Part shown: piece after piece, positions 38,277 through 47,265 of the stretch
Layout: every line of letters starts with the position of its first letter
Numbering within the stretch: position 1 is the first letter of the stretch
Assembly: GCA_965209055.1 (NCBI GenBank)
Contig: OZ242374.1
Location: forward strand, 5,600,001-5,664,000
DNA from: Acidobacteriota bacterium
Lineage (GTDB): Bacteria > Acidobacteriota > UBA6911 > RPQK01 > JAJDTT01
Direction: 5' to 3'
Length of the DNA stretch: 64,000 bases
The notes under the pieces: generated by a model
Told to the model about the DNA's origin: nothing
What the model saw: only the letters and a program-made list of their open reading frames with translations
Databases searched by the model: none
Made by a program: the position numbers and the translations under genes

Positions 38277-40408
38277 CAGGACGACTCATATCTTCTGTCG
38301 TCCGAGTAAATTTTCTTGTATTCCTTGGCGTCACGCCACTTTGCGTCGTCTCCCGGCAGCCGCTTGTAGACGACTGGATCTTCATCCACGAGATCCGTAT
38401 TTCGGAATTGCGCAGCATAGTCCAGCCTCTGCTCAGCGACGAATCCGGCACCACCGAGGACGTAGCTGATCTTGGGCCAGTCGTCGTAGAAGTATTCCTG
38501 CAGGAGAGGGACGATCGCGTTTCGGAATTTGTCGGAAAGCGTCTTGAGGTCGTTGACGTTGATCAGATAAGTGTGACCGATCTGATGATCGCGATCCAAC
38601 AGCAACGAGATTCGTTCGTTCATCGCCTTGAGCATCTCTTGAGCGTCGACTCCCTCAACATTCCTGGATATGAGTTCGTGCTCCGGATCAGGCATCATTT
38701 CGACAAAGTCAAACCGGCGCCTCAATGCCGTGTCGAGCAGCAGGATGGAGCGATCTGCAGTATTCATCGTGCCGATGATGTAAAGGTTGCCCGGCACTCC
38801 GAACGTCTTGTTGGAATACGGCAGGGTCACCCTCATCTCATCCGGCTCGCCAAAACGCTTGGAGTCCTCGATCAGCGTAATGAGTTCCCCGAATATTTTG
38901 GGTATGTTCCCCCGGTTGATCTCGTCGATGATCAGAACGAAACGCTGCTCCTCTTCCGCGCTTGCGCTTGCCGCGTGGGCGATTTGCTTGAAAATGCCAG
39001 GACGGATTTCATATCTGATCCGCTGATCGTCCTTCAATCTCGGCCGGATACCCTCGACGAAGTCCTCATACGAGAAGCTCTGGTGAAACGTCACCATCGC
39101 AATCTGGCCGTGCCACTCCTCGGCGTTCTCGAATCTGAATAGGAGGTCATGCAACCGAGCGCGGTCCTCATCACCGACTTCTTTTACATCAACGCCATCC
39201 ACGATGGCCATGGCATAGTTCACGGCGTGCCAGGTCTTTCCGGTTCCTGGCGGGCCGTACAGTATCTGGTTAAGAGGATGTTTAACAGATTCGATCGATG
39301 GTCCGTTTGGCGGGTCCGGCTTGTCGCGACCAAGCTGCGAGATTAGCCCAGACGTACGTGAGTAAACTCCCACTGACATAAACGCCTGCTGAGTAGGCTT
39401 CCAAGCTCGTGAAAAACCTCGTAGACGGAAGTTAATCACCGATTCAGCGGACTTTTTGTTCAACCACAGTACATGAAGCCTGCTGTTTTCGGTCATGACA
39501 TCATCCTCTGAGTAGTCGTTCTCATAGACAATGCCTATGCCACGTCCTTCTTGTTTGTATCGGACGAGCACAATGTCCCCACGGATTGGATCCTTAAGGG
39601 GGTATCCACCGACGGGCACTACAGAAGCTGGATATGGCGTCCCGCTCTTTGGGCCCCCGGTGTAGACCCAATTATTCTTGTCGAAGTCATCCCAATGATC
39701 CTCGTCGTCGTCATAGACGTTGGTGCTGACCTGATAGTACGTACCTCGATTAATGGGCATCTCTTCGTTGTTCCACAGATAAGAGAAATGCTGTATTTCG
39801 TAACATGCGCATCCAGGAAATGTCTCCTTGATCAGCTCCATCTCCTGGCGATACTCATCCCATCTGATCTCGGGCGGTGGTTTTTTGTAACTGCCAATTT
39901 CAAGAGCCAGAGTGCCATGGTCATCGAAGGGGAGGAACTTTGATGGATCAATCAGAAAAAGGGCTTGCGTTAGTTTTGATACACCCACACCTGGTATTGT
40001 TAACACGGTTTCAAAAGTATCACTTTGTACCGAGTCGGCTACTGCTTGTCCGAACAATTCCCAAAGTAGACTTGGATTACCACCGATGGGATTGTAGAAT
40101 AAAGCGATCACCGCAGGTGGAGTAGGATAGTAGAACCCTTCATGCCGATATTCTATCCGTGTTCGTATGTCAAACACATCGGCAACTCTTCGATAGATAG
40201 TTTGCCAATTGTTTTGTGTATTCAATGCGGCAAGGTAGTAGATGAAGGAAAACGGATCAATGTCTTCATCCTCGAGTTTGAGCAATGCAGGATCCTTTGG
40301 TTTCCAGTCTATTCTTCTCACGTTCTCGGCCAGAATTTGGCGGCCTCCCTCGTTGATCTTGTTTGCGAGTTGTTGAAACCAGGGAACCCAGTCAAAGATT
40401 TCCTTCAT
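38276..40408 (-). CDS. mcrB: McrB-family AAA+ GTPase with long N-terminal putative modified-base sensor region
   Basis: GPPGTGKT, FHQSFSYEDFVEG, IIDEINRG, MNTADRS (NxxD), LRRRF, IGH and PLLQEYFY. Translationally coupled to mcrC. Confidence 0.92.
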   Translation of the reverse strand: MKEIFDWVPWFQQLANKINEGGRQILAENVRRIDWKPKDPALLKLEDEDIDPFSFIYYLAALNTQNNWQTIYRRVADVFDIRTRIEYRHEGFYYPTPPAVIALFYNPIGGNPSLLWELFGQAVADSVQSDTFETVLTIPGVGVSKLTQALFLIDPSKFLPFDDHGTLALEIGSYKKPPPEIRWDEYRQEMELIKETFPGCACYEIQHFSYLWNNEEMPINRGTYYQVSTNVYDDDEDHWDDFDKNNWVYTGGPKSGTPYPASVVPVGGYPLKDPIRGDIVLVRYKQEGRGIGIVYENDYSEDDVMTENSRLHVLWLNKKSAESVINFRLRGFSRAWKPTQQAFMSVGVYSRTSGLISQLGRDKPDPPNGPSIESVKHPLNQILYGPPGTGKTWHAVNYAMAIVDGVDVKEVGDEDRARLHDLLFRFENAEEWHGQIAMVTFHQSFSYEDFVEGIRPRLKDDQRIRYEIRPGIFKQIAHAASASAEEEQRFVLIIDEINRGNIPKIFGELITLIEDSKRFGEPDEMRVTLPYSNKTFGVPGNLYIIGTMNTADRSILLLDTALRRRFDFVEMMPDPEHELISRNVEGVDAQEMLKAMNERISLLLDRDHQIGHTYLINVNDLKTLSDKFRNAIVPLLQEYFYDDWPKISYVLGGAGFVAEQRLDYAAQFRNTDLVDEDPVVYKRLPGDDAKWRDAKEYKKIYSDDRRYESS

Positions 40409-40466
40409 ATTGTTGCTCCCGCGTGGAATTGGTCATGTGACAACTCCCAACACAATGACAAGGATT

Positions 40467-40598
40467 TCAACGGTCTTGAGTATCCCGGAGTATCCATGCC
40501 AAAGGAGAGACTTTCGAAACGCTTCGTACCGGTTCCGGGATCGGCTCGTGGCCTCGTATAAGTTGAGAGTAGGTACTGCAATCCAAGAGATTTCTCAT
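40467..40598 (-). pseudogene. Truncated PIN/VapC toxin remnant (43 aa)
   Basis: MRNLLDCSTYSQLIRGHEPI... resembles a PIN N-terminus (LLD motif). ATGA overlap with the upstream antitoxin; stops early. Confidence 0.6.
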
Positions 40599-40858
40599 TT
40601 CCATTTCACTATATTACCCATTTCGAGCCCCTCAAGCGCCGCGTCGAACTCGTCAGCTTGCCCCCGCGTCCATGCCCCGATGAGATGGTCCAGAGAAGAA
40701 CCGACCTTATTGGCGCCTTCCGATGCTTCCTCGAACTCGACACCCTTTCGGAGGATCTTCAACACAGTCTGATTCAGAGAGGTTCCCTCATGTCTTGCCA
40801 AGCTTTGTATCCTGTCCGCCAAGTCGTCTCCGAGTCCCCTGACCGTGAGTAGATTCAT
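40595..40858 (-). CDS. RHH/FitA-like antitoxin
   Basis: LTVRGL.DDL..RI..LA..EG.SLNQ.V..IL and LD.L.G.W....A.EF; GGAGG RBS. Confidence 0.75.
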   Translation of the reverse strand: MNLLTVRGLGDDLADRIQSLARHEGTSLNQTVLKILRKGVEFEEASEGANKVGSSLDHLIGAWTRGQADEFDAALEGLEMGNIVKWK

Positions 40859-41413
40859 ACGACGTCACCTCCTGCGACTCCTATCCTGAGCCAGCATGCT
40901 TCAGAATATCGCCTACTTTTGATCGGTCAAGGCGAGGTCAGTCCTGGAACTTCCCCGAAATCCGTAGAGCCAGGGGAACAGGCGGAGGGAGTTGGACGAG
41001 GGAAGGGCGGATTATTGCCTTCGACCGCGCCCACGGCCTCGGCACTACCGGTCACATAGGTTTAGATGCTCCATAGCCCTGCCCACACGCGCCGCTAACA
41101 ACGCGTCGCTCACACCGTCGCGAGTGTCGACGCATGGCTCGCGGAGAAACGTGGGTGGTTAGTCCTTCGTTTCAGCGGACCTTCACCGCTTGTCCTGTGC
41201 CAGTGACTTTGGCGCTCGGGTGCCCCTACTACAAAATTCTTCGTCCATTTGCACAAGATCTTGGGAGTAAGGAACTACGAGGTCCGCCGAGACCGTTTCG
41301 AGTCGCCCGTCGAGGTCCAAGTCCACCCGTATCTAAGGGGGGAGTGGGCACGCGAGTTTGTCGCACACTCTGGATTCGGAGGCTGGAAAAACCCGCGGCC
41401 ATCTCGATTGAAC

Positions 41414-41806
41414 TTATGACAATGACCTGCCATTGACGGCCCGGAGTGCCTGATCGTAGGTCATGACCTCGCTGACGCCACGCCGGCGACAACTGGCAAG
41501 GTGGCAGAGGTCCCGGGCTCCCAGCATGGGATATTGCTCATGGAGCTGCCGAGCCAACGTGACATCCTCCTCCTCCAGTGACCACACCTGCACCCGGGCT
41601 CGGGCCACCAGCTCCATCGCCGCATCGAGGGCCTCCACTCTCGCGACCGGAAGGTACGCATGGACCAACTCTTGCAAGACCTCCGCCGACGTACACAGTG
41701 GCGTCCGATTCCCGTTACACAGGAGGAAGAACTCTCGGGCCGCGGTCCGAAGTGGATGCGGCCGGCCTACCGCATACATGAAGACGTTAGTGTCGATGAA
41801 GATCAT
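41414..41806 (-). CDS. vapC: VapC PIN-domain toxin
   Basis: IFIDTNVFMYAVG, EVLQE, ARD..HLA and TYD. Confidence 0.9.
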   Translation of the reverse strand: MIFIDTNVFMYAVGRPHPLRTAAREFFLLCNGNRTPLCTSAEVLQELVHAYLPVARVEALDAAMELVARARVQVWSLEEEDVTLARQLHEQYPMLGARDLCHLASCRRRGVSEVMTYDQALRAVNGRSLS

Positions 41807-42078
41807 GTGGTGCCGTTACCGCCTCTCCGCGATTCGTTGATGACCTCCAGATGCTCCTCCCAATCCGGTTCCACCTTGGGTCCTTCCAATGTGTCGCACC
41901 CCCGGAAGAAACGTTGCAGGTCCTCTGGCGACTCGAAGGGGACGGAACGCTGCTTGTCCGCGAGCCGCTGGTGCGCCGCGGCTCTCAGCCAAGCGCTCAG
42001 CGACATGCCTTCGATTCGCGCCTGATGGACGAACCGGTCGCGGTCTTCATCGGGAATCAGGAGTTGAACTCTGGCCAT
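41803..42078 (-). CDS. VapB-type antitoxin (RHH-like)
   Basis: ARVQLLI...A..EG.SLS.WLR.AA; ATGA overlap with vapC. Confidence 0.75.
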   Translation of the reverse strand: MARVQLLIPDEDRDRFVHQARIEGMSLSAWLRAAAHQRLADKQRSVPFESPEDLQRFFRGCDTLEGPKVEPDWEEHLEVINESRRGGNGTT

Positions 42079-42255
42079 CGTACCAACCTGTATCTAGTAT
42101 AGGGATGCGTATGAAATATACACAATATTTTCGTTGGCGACAAGTACCCGACCAAGCTGCAATTGACGAGAGTCGGAAAACGACGGATCTTGCAGCATCA
42201 TCTGTCATAGCGGGTCGACGTGCCGAGTCGACGTCGTTTCATACCCCGGAGTTCG

Positions 42256-42660
42256 TCAGAACAACTTGCCGAGCGCGTCTTCGGGGCTGATCGCCGGGAT
42301 CGGCGAGCGACGGAAGTGCTTCATGTTCCTCGTCACGATGTACCGGGCCCCGCAGGCATCCGCAGCGGCGACTAGCATGGCATCCTCGAAGTCGGTCATG
42401 GGAAGCGCAGCCGCATAACGAATGGCTTCAGTTCCTGTCTCCGCGACCTCCACGAAGCGGGTCAGGTCCAGGATGAAATCGCGCGCCGTTTTCTCACCCT
42501 GCATGGGAGCCACCATGTAATAGAAGCTCGAGACCGAATGCCATGCGATAAACGCTTTCCGATAGCCACGCTCGAGCCGGTCGAGAATCTCCGAGGCCAT
42601 GTCCGAGTGGGGACGCCTGTCGAGTGCGACGTCAATGAGGACATCGGAATCGAGTAGCAT
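42256..42660 (-). CDS. PIN-domain toxin (PIN_3-like)
   Basis: MLLDSDVLID..L.R.P, DFEDA...AAA and IVTRN..HF. Start reassigned from 42909. Confidence 0.88.
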   Translation of the reverse strand: MLLDSDVLIDVALDRRPHSDMASEILDRLERGYRKAFIAWHSVSSFYYMVAPMQGEKTARDFILDLTRFVEVAETGTEAIRYAAALPMTDFEDAMLVAAADACGARYIVTRNMKHFRRSPIPAISPEDALGKLF

Positions 42661-42881
42661 CAGAGATACTTCCTGGCCAGCCTGGTGTAGCGCGGGTCGT
42701 CGCGTTTGGCTGCCTGAAACCGGCCGCGCCAGCGCGAGGAGAAGGAGGGTGTTCCATCCCCTGCCAAATCTCGAAGCGATTGTTCGATGATCGACGATAG
42801 CGAAACCCGGCGAGACCGCGCATAACGCTTGGCCCTGGGGATCAACTCGGCATCCACTGTGATCGTCAATTTTTTCTTCAT
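42660..42881 (-). CDS. Antitoxin, DUF6364-like RHH
   Basis: MKKKLTITVD.ELI..AK.YA.....SLS.IIE..L...L.KYL; overlaps the PIN start. Confidence 0.8.
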   Translation of the reverse strand: MKKKLTITVDAELIPRAKRYARSRRVSLSSIIEQSLRDLAGDGTPSFSSRWRGRFQAAKRDDPRYTRLARKYL

Positions 42882-42936
42882 CTGAGGTTACACCCGTTAC
42901 TCCATACAACGAAGACTACGGAGAAAACACGATCCT

Positions 42937-43095
42937 GTGCCCTCTTTCGAGGGAGCCACCGTCGGCTCCTCGTCCGGCATCCATCTGACCAAGGCGGCAC
43001 CGTCACTGCTCACAGTGAAGAAGGACGATATTCTCTATCTCACTGCCCCCCGGAAGGGGCTTGGCGTAACGACTTCAAACGGGAGTTTCGACTGA
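42937..43095 (+). pseudogene. Degenerate copy of the AbrB antitoxin
   Basis: Translates VPSFEGATVGSSSGIHLTKAAPSLLTVKKDDILYLTAPR..., versus MLSFKVTTVGSSSGIILTKAAMAQLRVKKGDTLFLTEAP at 43194. C-terminus is lost. Confidence 0.75.
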
Positions 43096-43157
43096 AACAA
43101 AACGGGCGGGTCGATGGCCGGATCAGCAAACTTTCGTCTTGGCAACTGAACTGTCGA

Positions 43158-43182
43158 GTTATATAATTTTTATTATAATAAC
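43158..43182. promoter_or_regulatory. AT-rich inverted repeat/promoter of abrB-doc (probable autoregulatory operator)
   Basis: GTTATATAATTTTTATTATAATAAC contains TATAAT boxes and lies directly before the AGGAG RBS. Confidence 0.55.
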
Positions 43183-43193
43183 AGGAGATTCCA

Positions 43194-43421
43194 ATGCTCT
43201 CTTTCAAAGTGACCACCGTCGGATCTTCGTCCGGGATCATTCTGACCAAGGCGGCAATGGCTCAGCTCAGGGTGAAAAAGGGGGACACGCTGTTTCTCAC
43301 CGAAGCACCGGACGGAGCCTGTCGAATCACGCCTTACAACCCCGATTTCGCGCGCCAGATGAAACTGGCTGAAGAGATCATGCATGACGACCGTGAGGTG
43401 CTGCGGGCGCTGGCGAAGTGA
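43194..43421 (+). CDS. AbrB/MazE-type antitoxin
   Basis: K.TTVGSS.GIIL, GD.L.L.E.PDG and YNPDF..QM..A. Confidence 0.88.
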   Translation: MLSFKVTTVGSSSGIILTKAAMAQLRVKKGDTLFLTEAPDGACRITPYNPDFARQMKLAEEIMHDDREVLRALAK

Positions 43422-43825
43422 GCGCCGGTCAGAGTGCTGCCTCCGACAACTGGCGTTGGGTTGACTCAAATGTCGTCTTCGCAATCCATGACCGGCAGCT
43501 CGCCGAACATGGCGGTTTGGACGGTATCCGTGATCGGGGAGCCATTGAATCTGCTCTGTCCCGCCCCGTAAACCTCGCTCAATACGGCAATCCCGATGCG
43601 GCCCGGCTTGCAGCCGCTTACGCGTTCGGAATCGCCAGGAACCATGGTTTCTTGGACGGTAACAAGCGCACTGCTTGGGTGACCGCTCGCTTGTTCCTGG
43701 CTGATAACGGACTCCGTCTCAAAGTCGATCCCGTGGATGCGATTCAGACCATGGAGAATGTCGCCGGTGGAGTCGTCGATGAGAAGATTCTGGCTGACTG
43801 GTTCCGGTCCCACATCAAGGCTTGA
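43418..43825 (+). CDS. doc: Death-on-curing (Doc/Fic) toxin
   Basis: HD..L..HGG..G.RD and HGFLDGNKRT Doc motif. Confidence 0.92.
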   Translation: MSAGQSAASDNWRWVDSNVVFAIHDRQLAEHGGLDGIRDRGAIESALSRPVNLAQYGNPDAARLAAAYAFGIARNHGFLDGNKRTAWVTARLFLADNGLRLKVDPVDAIQTMENVAGGVVDEKILADWFRSHIKA

Positions 43826-43993
43826 TTCGGGTGCGGCGAACCAAGTCGTTCGACGCAGGCCCAAACCCAGGAAGCGTCCGACCGACGCGAAATCGACTGA
43901 AAACCCCACCTGGGTCGGCACTCGTAGACAGATGGCGGGATCGCCGGAATCCGGCCAAGACTTCCACCCTCATTTCGTTTAGACTACGCGCCA

Positions 43994-44929
43994 ATGTGCG
44001 GGATCGTCGGGTACCTGAACCGTAGCGGCAGCGGGGCTGGCGCTCCCATCGGGTCGATCCTCCTGGGGATGCTCAAGAGTCTGGACTGCCGGGGCCCCGA
44101 CTCGGCCGGTGTCGCCATCTTCGGTCCGACCCGGACGCCGAACCTCAAGCTTCGGATCAAGTTGAACGGTGATGCGAACCTGGCCGATTCGGCGGATCAC
44201 GTCCGCGATATCGTCTCGGAGCGGGTTCCGGTTCTCGAATCCGCCACCGTCCAGGAATACCTCCAACTGTTGGTCGGACCGGTGCAGGACGCCGAGTCCC
44301 TGTTGCCTCCGCTGGAGAAGGACCTGGACGACTTCGAGTTGGTCAGTGGGGGCCGCCAACTCGAGATCGTCAAGCAGGTCGGGTCGCCCACCCATCTGGA
44401 CACCGGCTACGGAATCTCCACGCTGACCGGAACCCACGGCATCGGCCACACACGCCTTTCCACCGAGAGCCGCGTCGACCTGAGCCACTCCCAGCCCTTC
44501 GGGGTCCACGGAGTCGCCGACCTGGCCACGGTCCACAATGGCCATATCACCAACTACCACAAGCTGCGGGGACGCTATGAACAGATGGGCGTCCGCTTCT
44601 TCACCGAGAACGACTCGGAGGTCATCGGCGTCTACCTGGCCCACCAGATGTCGCTGGGCCGGACCTTCCGGGAGGCGCTGGAGTCCTCGCTGGACGACTT
44701 CGACGGTTCCTTCTCCTACCTGGCCGCCTCCGGCAACGAGTTGGCCTACGCCAAGGACCGGTTCGGATTCAAGCCCCTGCTGGTGGCCGAGTCGGAGGAC
44801 TGGGTCGCCATCGCCACCGAGGAGATCGCCCTGCGTTCCACGCTGGCCGGGGACTTCGATGCCCTGGAACCGGGGGTGAGGCGGGTCCGCATCTGGTCTC
44901 TGCCTCAGCCCGCCGCGGAGACGGTGTGA
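43994..44929 (+). CDS. mgsA: N-methylglutamate synthase subunit A (class II glutamine amidotransferase, GlxB-like)
   Basis: MCGIVG, RGPDSAG, GHTRLSTES, VHNG.ITN and TENDSEV; operon context. Confidence 0.85.
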   Translation: MCGIVGYLNRSGSGAGAPIGSILLGMLKSLDCRGPDSAGVAIFGPTRTPNLKLRIKLNGDANLADSADHVRDIVSERVPVLESATVQEYLQLLVGPVQDAESLLPPLEKDLDDFELVSGGRQLEIVKQVGSPTHLDTGYGISTLTGTHGIGHTRLSTESRVDLSHSQPFGVHGVADLATVHNGHITNYHKLRGRYEQMGVRFFTENDSEVIGVYLAHQMSLGRTFREALESSLDDFDGSFSYLAASGNELAYAKDRFGFKPLLVAESEDWVAIATEEIALRSTLAGDFDALEPGVRRVRIWSLPQPAAETV

Positions 44930-45621
44930 TGGGGTCCGAGGTGCAAGCCGGCAACCGGAGCTCCCGGGAGATCAACCAACAGATCAAGGACCTGATCCGC
45001 TCGGGAGAAAACCGGATCCGGGTCCGCCGGACACGGGCCCAGCACAACCTGGCCGTGGGGATTCTTTCCCCCGTCTCCATCTCCTTCGAAGGCAGCGTGG
45101 GCTACTACTGCGGCGGCCTCATGGACGGACCCGAAGTGGAGATCCTGGGCAGCGCGGGATGGGGTCTCGGAGAGTCCATGGCTTCGGGCACCATCCGGGT
45201 TGCGGGAAACGCCGGCAACGGGTGCGGCGCCTCCATACGCGGGGGGACTCTCGTGGTCCGCGGAAGCACGGCGGCCCGGGCGGGAATCAGCATGAAGGGG
45301 GGGCTCCTCATCATCGGCGGCAGTTGCGGCTACATGACCGGATTCATGAGTCAGAAGGGAACGGTCATCGTCTGCGGAAACGCCGGTCCCGGCCTGGGCG
45401 ATTCCATGTACGAGGGTCGGATCTTCGTCGGGGGCGATATCCAGGAGTTGGGCAACGATGCCGTGGTCGAAGAGCCGGACCCGGAGGACTGGGACTTTTT
45501 GAACCGTAATCTGGAGCCCCGGGGCTTCCCGGTCCCCTCCACCTTCAAGAAAGTCGTCGCCGGCCGGCGCCTCTGGAACTTCAACCGCAAGGAGCGGGAT
45601 CTCTGGAAGGAGGTCTTGTGA
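44926..45621 (+). CDS. mgsB: N-methylglutamate synthase subunit B (GXGXG beta-helix, GlxC-like)
   Basis: HNLAVG, GSVGYY.GG, GXGXG repeats, GDS.YE and GR.LWNF. Confidence 0.88.
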   Translation: MMGSEVQAGNRSSREINQQIKDLIRSGENRIRVRRTRAQHNLAVGILSPVSISFEGSVGYYCGGLMDGPEVEILGSAGWGLGESMASGTIRVAGNAGNGCGASIRGGTLVVRGSTAARAGISMKGGLLIIGGSCGYMTGFMSQKGTVIVCGNAGPGLGDSMYEGRIFVGGDIQELGNDAVVEEPDPEDWDFLNRNLEPRGFPVPSTFKKVVAGRRLWNFNRKERDLWKEVL

Positions 45622-46958
45622 CGGAACCGAGAGCGACCCGGCAGAGCGGAATCTACAGCCCCGACGTGATCGAGGACATCCAGACCAAGGCGGAGCTGGG
45701 CCGTTACCGCATCCGCGGCTTCGGGACCTTGAGAACCCGTCCCCTGCCCTCCCTGGACGACCTGGTGTTCATCCCCTGCACGCTGACCCGGATCCCGCTG
45801 GAGGGATACCGGGAGAAGTGCAGCACGCGCACCGTCCTGGGCACGCGCCACGCCAAGAAACCCATCGTCCTGGACACCCCCGTCATGGTGACGGGGATGA
45901 GCTACGGCGCCCTCTCCTACAACGCCAAGGTGGCCCTGGCCCAGGGAGCCTCCCGGGTTGGCTCCTCCACCACCACCGGCGATGGAGGCATGCTTCCGGC
46001 GGAACGGGAGCACTCCGATGTCCTGATCTACGAGGTCCTCCCCAGCCGCTACGGCATCGACGTCCACCACATGAAGATGGCCGACGGCATCGAGCTGACC
46101 ATCGGCCAGGGCGCCAAGCCGGGCACCGGCGGAATGCTGCTGGGCTCCAAGGTCTCCAGCGAGATCGCGGGCATGCGGGACCTTCCCGACGGAGTGGATC
46201 AACGCAGTCCCTGCCGGCATCCCGATTTTCTGGGTCCCGACGACATGATCATCAAGATCGAGGAGCTGCGGGAGGCCACCGACTGGCAGGTGCCCATCTT
46301 CGTCAAGATGGGGGCCACCCGGGTCTACGACGATGTCAAGCTGGCGGCCAAGGCGGGGGCGGACGTGGTGGTGGTCGACGGCATGGAGGGAGGCACCGGC
46401 GCTTCGCCCGACATGCTCATGGACCACACCGGCATCCCCACGCTGGCCGCCGTCTGCGAGGCCCGCGCCGCCCTGGAGGACCTGGGCCTCTTCGGCGAGG
46501 TGCAATTGATCATGGCGGGGGGCATCCGCAGCGGCACCGACGTGGCCAAGGCCCTGGCTCTGGGCGCCGACGCCATCTACATGGGGACGGCCTTCCTCAT
46601 CGCCCTCAACTGCAACAAGCCCTTATACGTGGAGGACTACCACAAGCTGGGGACCGAGCCCTACGCGTGCCACCATTGCCACACCGGACTCTGCCCCGTG
46701 GGGATCACCACTCAGGACCCGGACCTCATGGCCCGCTTGCCCATCGACGAAGCCACCGATCGCGTGGCCAACTTCTTCCAGGCCATGAGCTCGGAGATCC
46801 AGATGCTGGCCCGGGCCTGCGGCAAGTCCGACATCCACGATCTGGACCCGGAGGACCTTCGGGCCCTGACCCTCGAGTCGTCCATGATCGCGGAAGTGCC
46901 CCTGGTGGGAACCCGCCGGGTCTTCGGCGGGGGAGCCGGGTGGAAGGAATCCCATTGA
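45618..46958 (+). CDS. mgsC: N-methylglutamate synthase subunit C (FMN-binding glutamate synthase family, GlxD-like)
   Basis: R.PLEGYREKC, GMSYGALS, TTGDGG, GQGAKPG.GG, DQRS.CRHPD and CHHCHTG.CP.GITTQD. Confidence 0.9.
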   Translation: MTEPRATRQSGIYSPDVIEDIQTKAELGRYRIRGFGTLRTRPLPSLDDLVFIPCTLTRIPLEGYREKCSTRTVLGTRHAKKPIVLDTPVMVTGMSYGALSYNAKVALAQGASRVGSSTTTGDGGMLPAEREHSDVLIYEVLPSRYGIDVHHMKMADGIELTIGQGAKPGTGGMLLGSKVSSEIAGMRDLPDGVDQRSPCRHPDFLGPDDMIIKIEELREATDWQVPIFVKMGATRVYDDVKLAAKAGADVVVVDGMEGGTGASPDMLMDHTGIPTLAAVCEARAALEDLGLFGEVQLIMAGGIRSGTDVAKALALGADAIYMGTAFLIALNCNKPLYVEDYHKLGTEPYACHHCHTGLCPVGITTQDPDLMARLPIDEATDRVANFFQAMSSEIQMLARACGKSDIHDLDPEDLRALTLESSMIAEVPLVGTRRVFGGGAGWKESH

Positions 46959-47021
46959 GCAGCCCCTGCCGCGCACGATTCGGCCGGACAGTCTCTGGGG
47001 CAAATGCCCTTATGAGAAAAA

Positions 47022-47185
47022 GGAGGGGCGACTTCCAATCGCCCAGTCATCATCGCCCAGTTCGTCTCACCGGAGTTCGGCGGTTAGGAAACCGCCGCTC
47101 CTATGGGAGGGGCGATTTCCGATCGCACGGTCTTCGGCGCCCAGTTCGTCTCACCGGAGTTCGGCGGTTGGGAAACCGCCGCTCC
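47022..47185. repeat. Two tandem 80-bp REPIN/BIME-like units (period 84)
   Basis: 47022-47101 and 47106-47185. Each has GGAGGGGCGA.TTCC.ATCGC, shared CGCCCAGTTCGTCTCACCGGAGTTC and GGCGGTT.GGAAACCGCCGCTCC. Confidence 0.85.
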
Positions 47186-47265
47186 GCTCCGCTCCCATTC
47201 TTTTTCTACCGGGATTTCGCCAGCTACCGGCCGGTGGGGGAGCATTTCTCTAACGGGAGTCGCCT

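Noticed and set aside
41134-41436. Short ORFs in the 40860-41410 spacer
   Set aside because: No motifs, RBS or codon bias; probably decayed sequence.
47022-47185. Possible mini-CRISPR array
   Set aside because: Only two units, the variable part is ~11 nt, there are no cas genes, and the motif matches the dispersed REP family.
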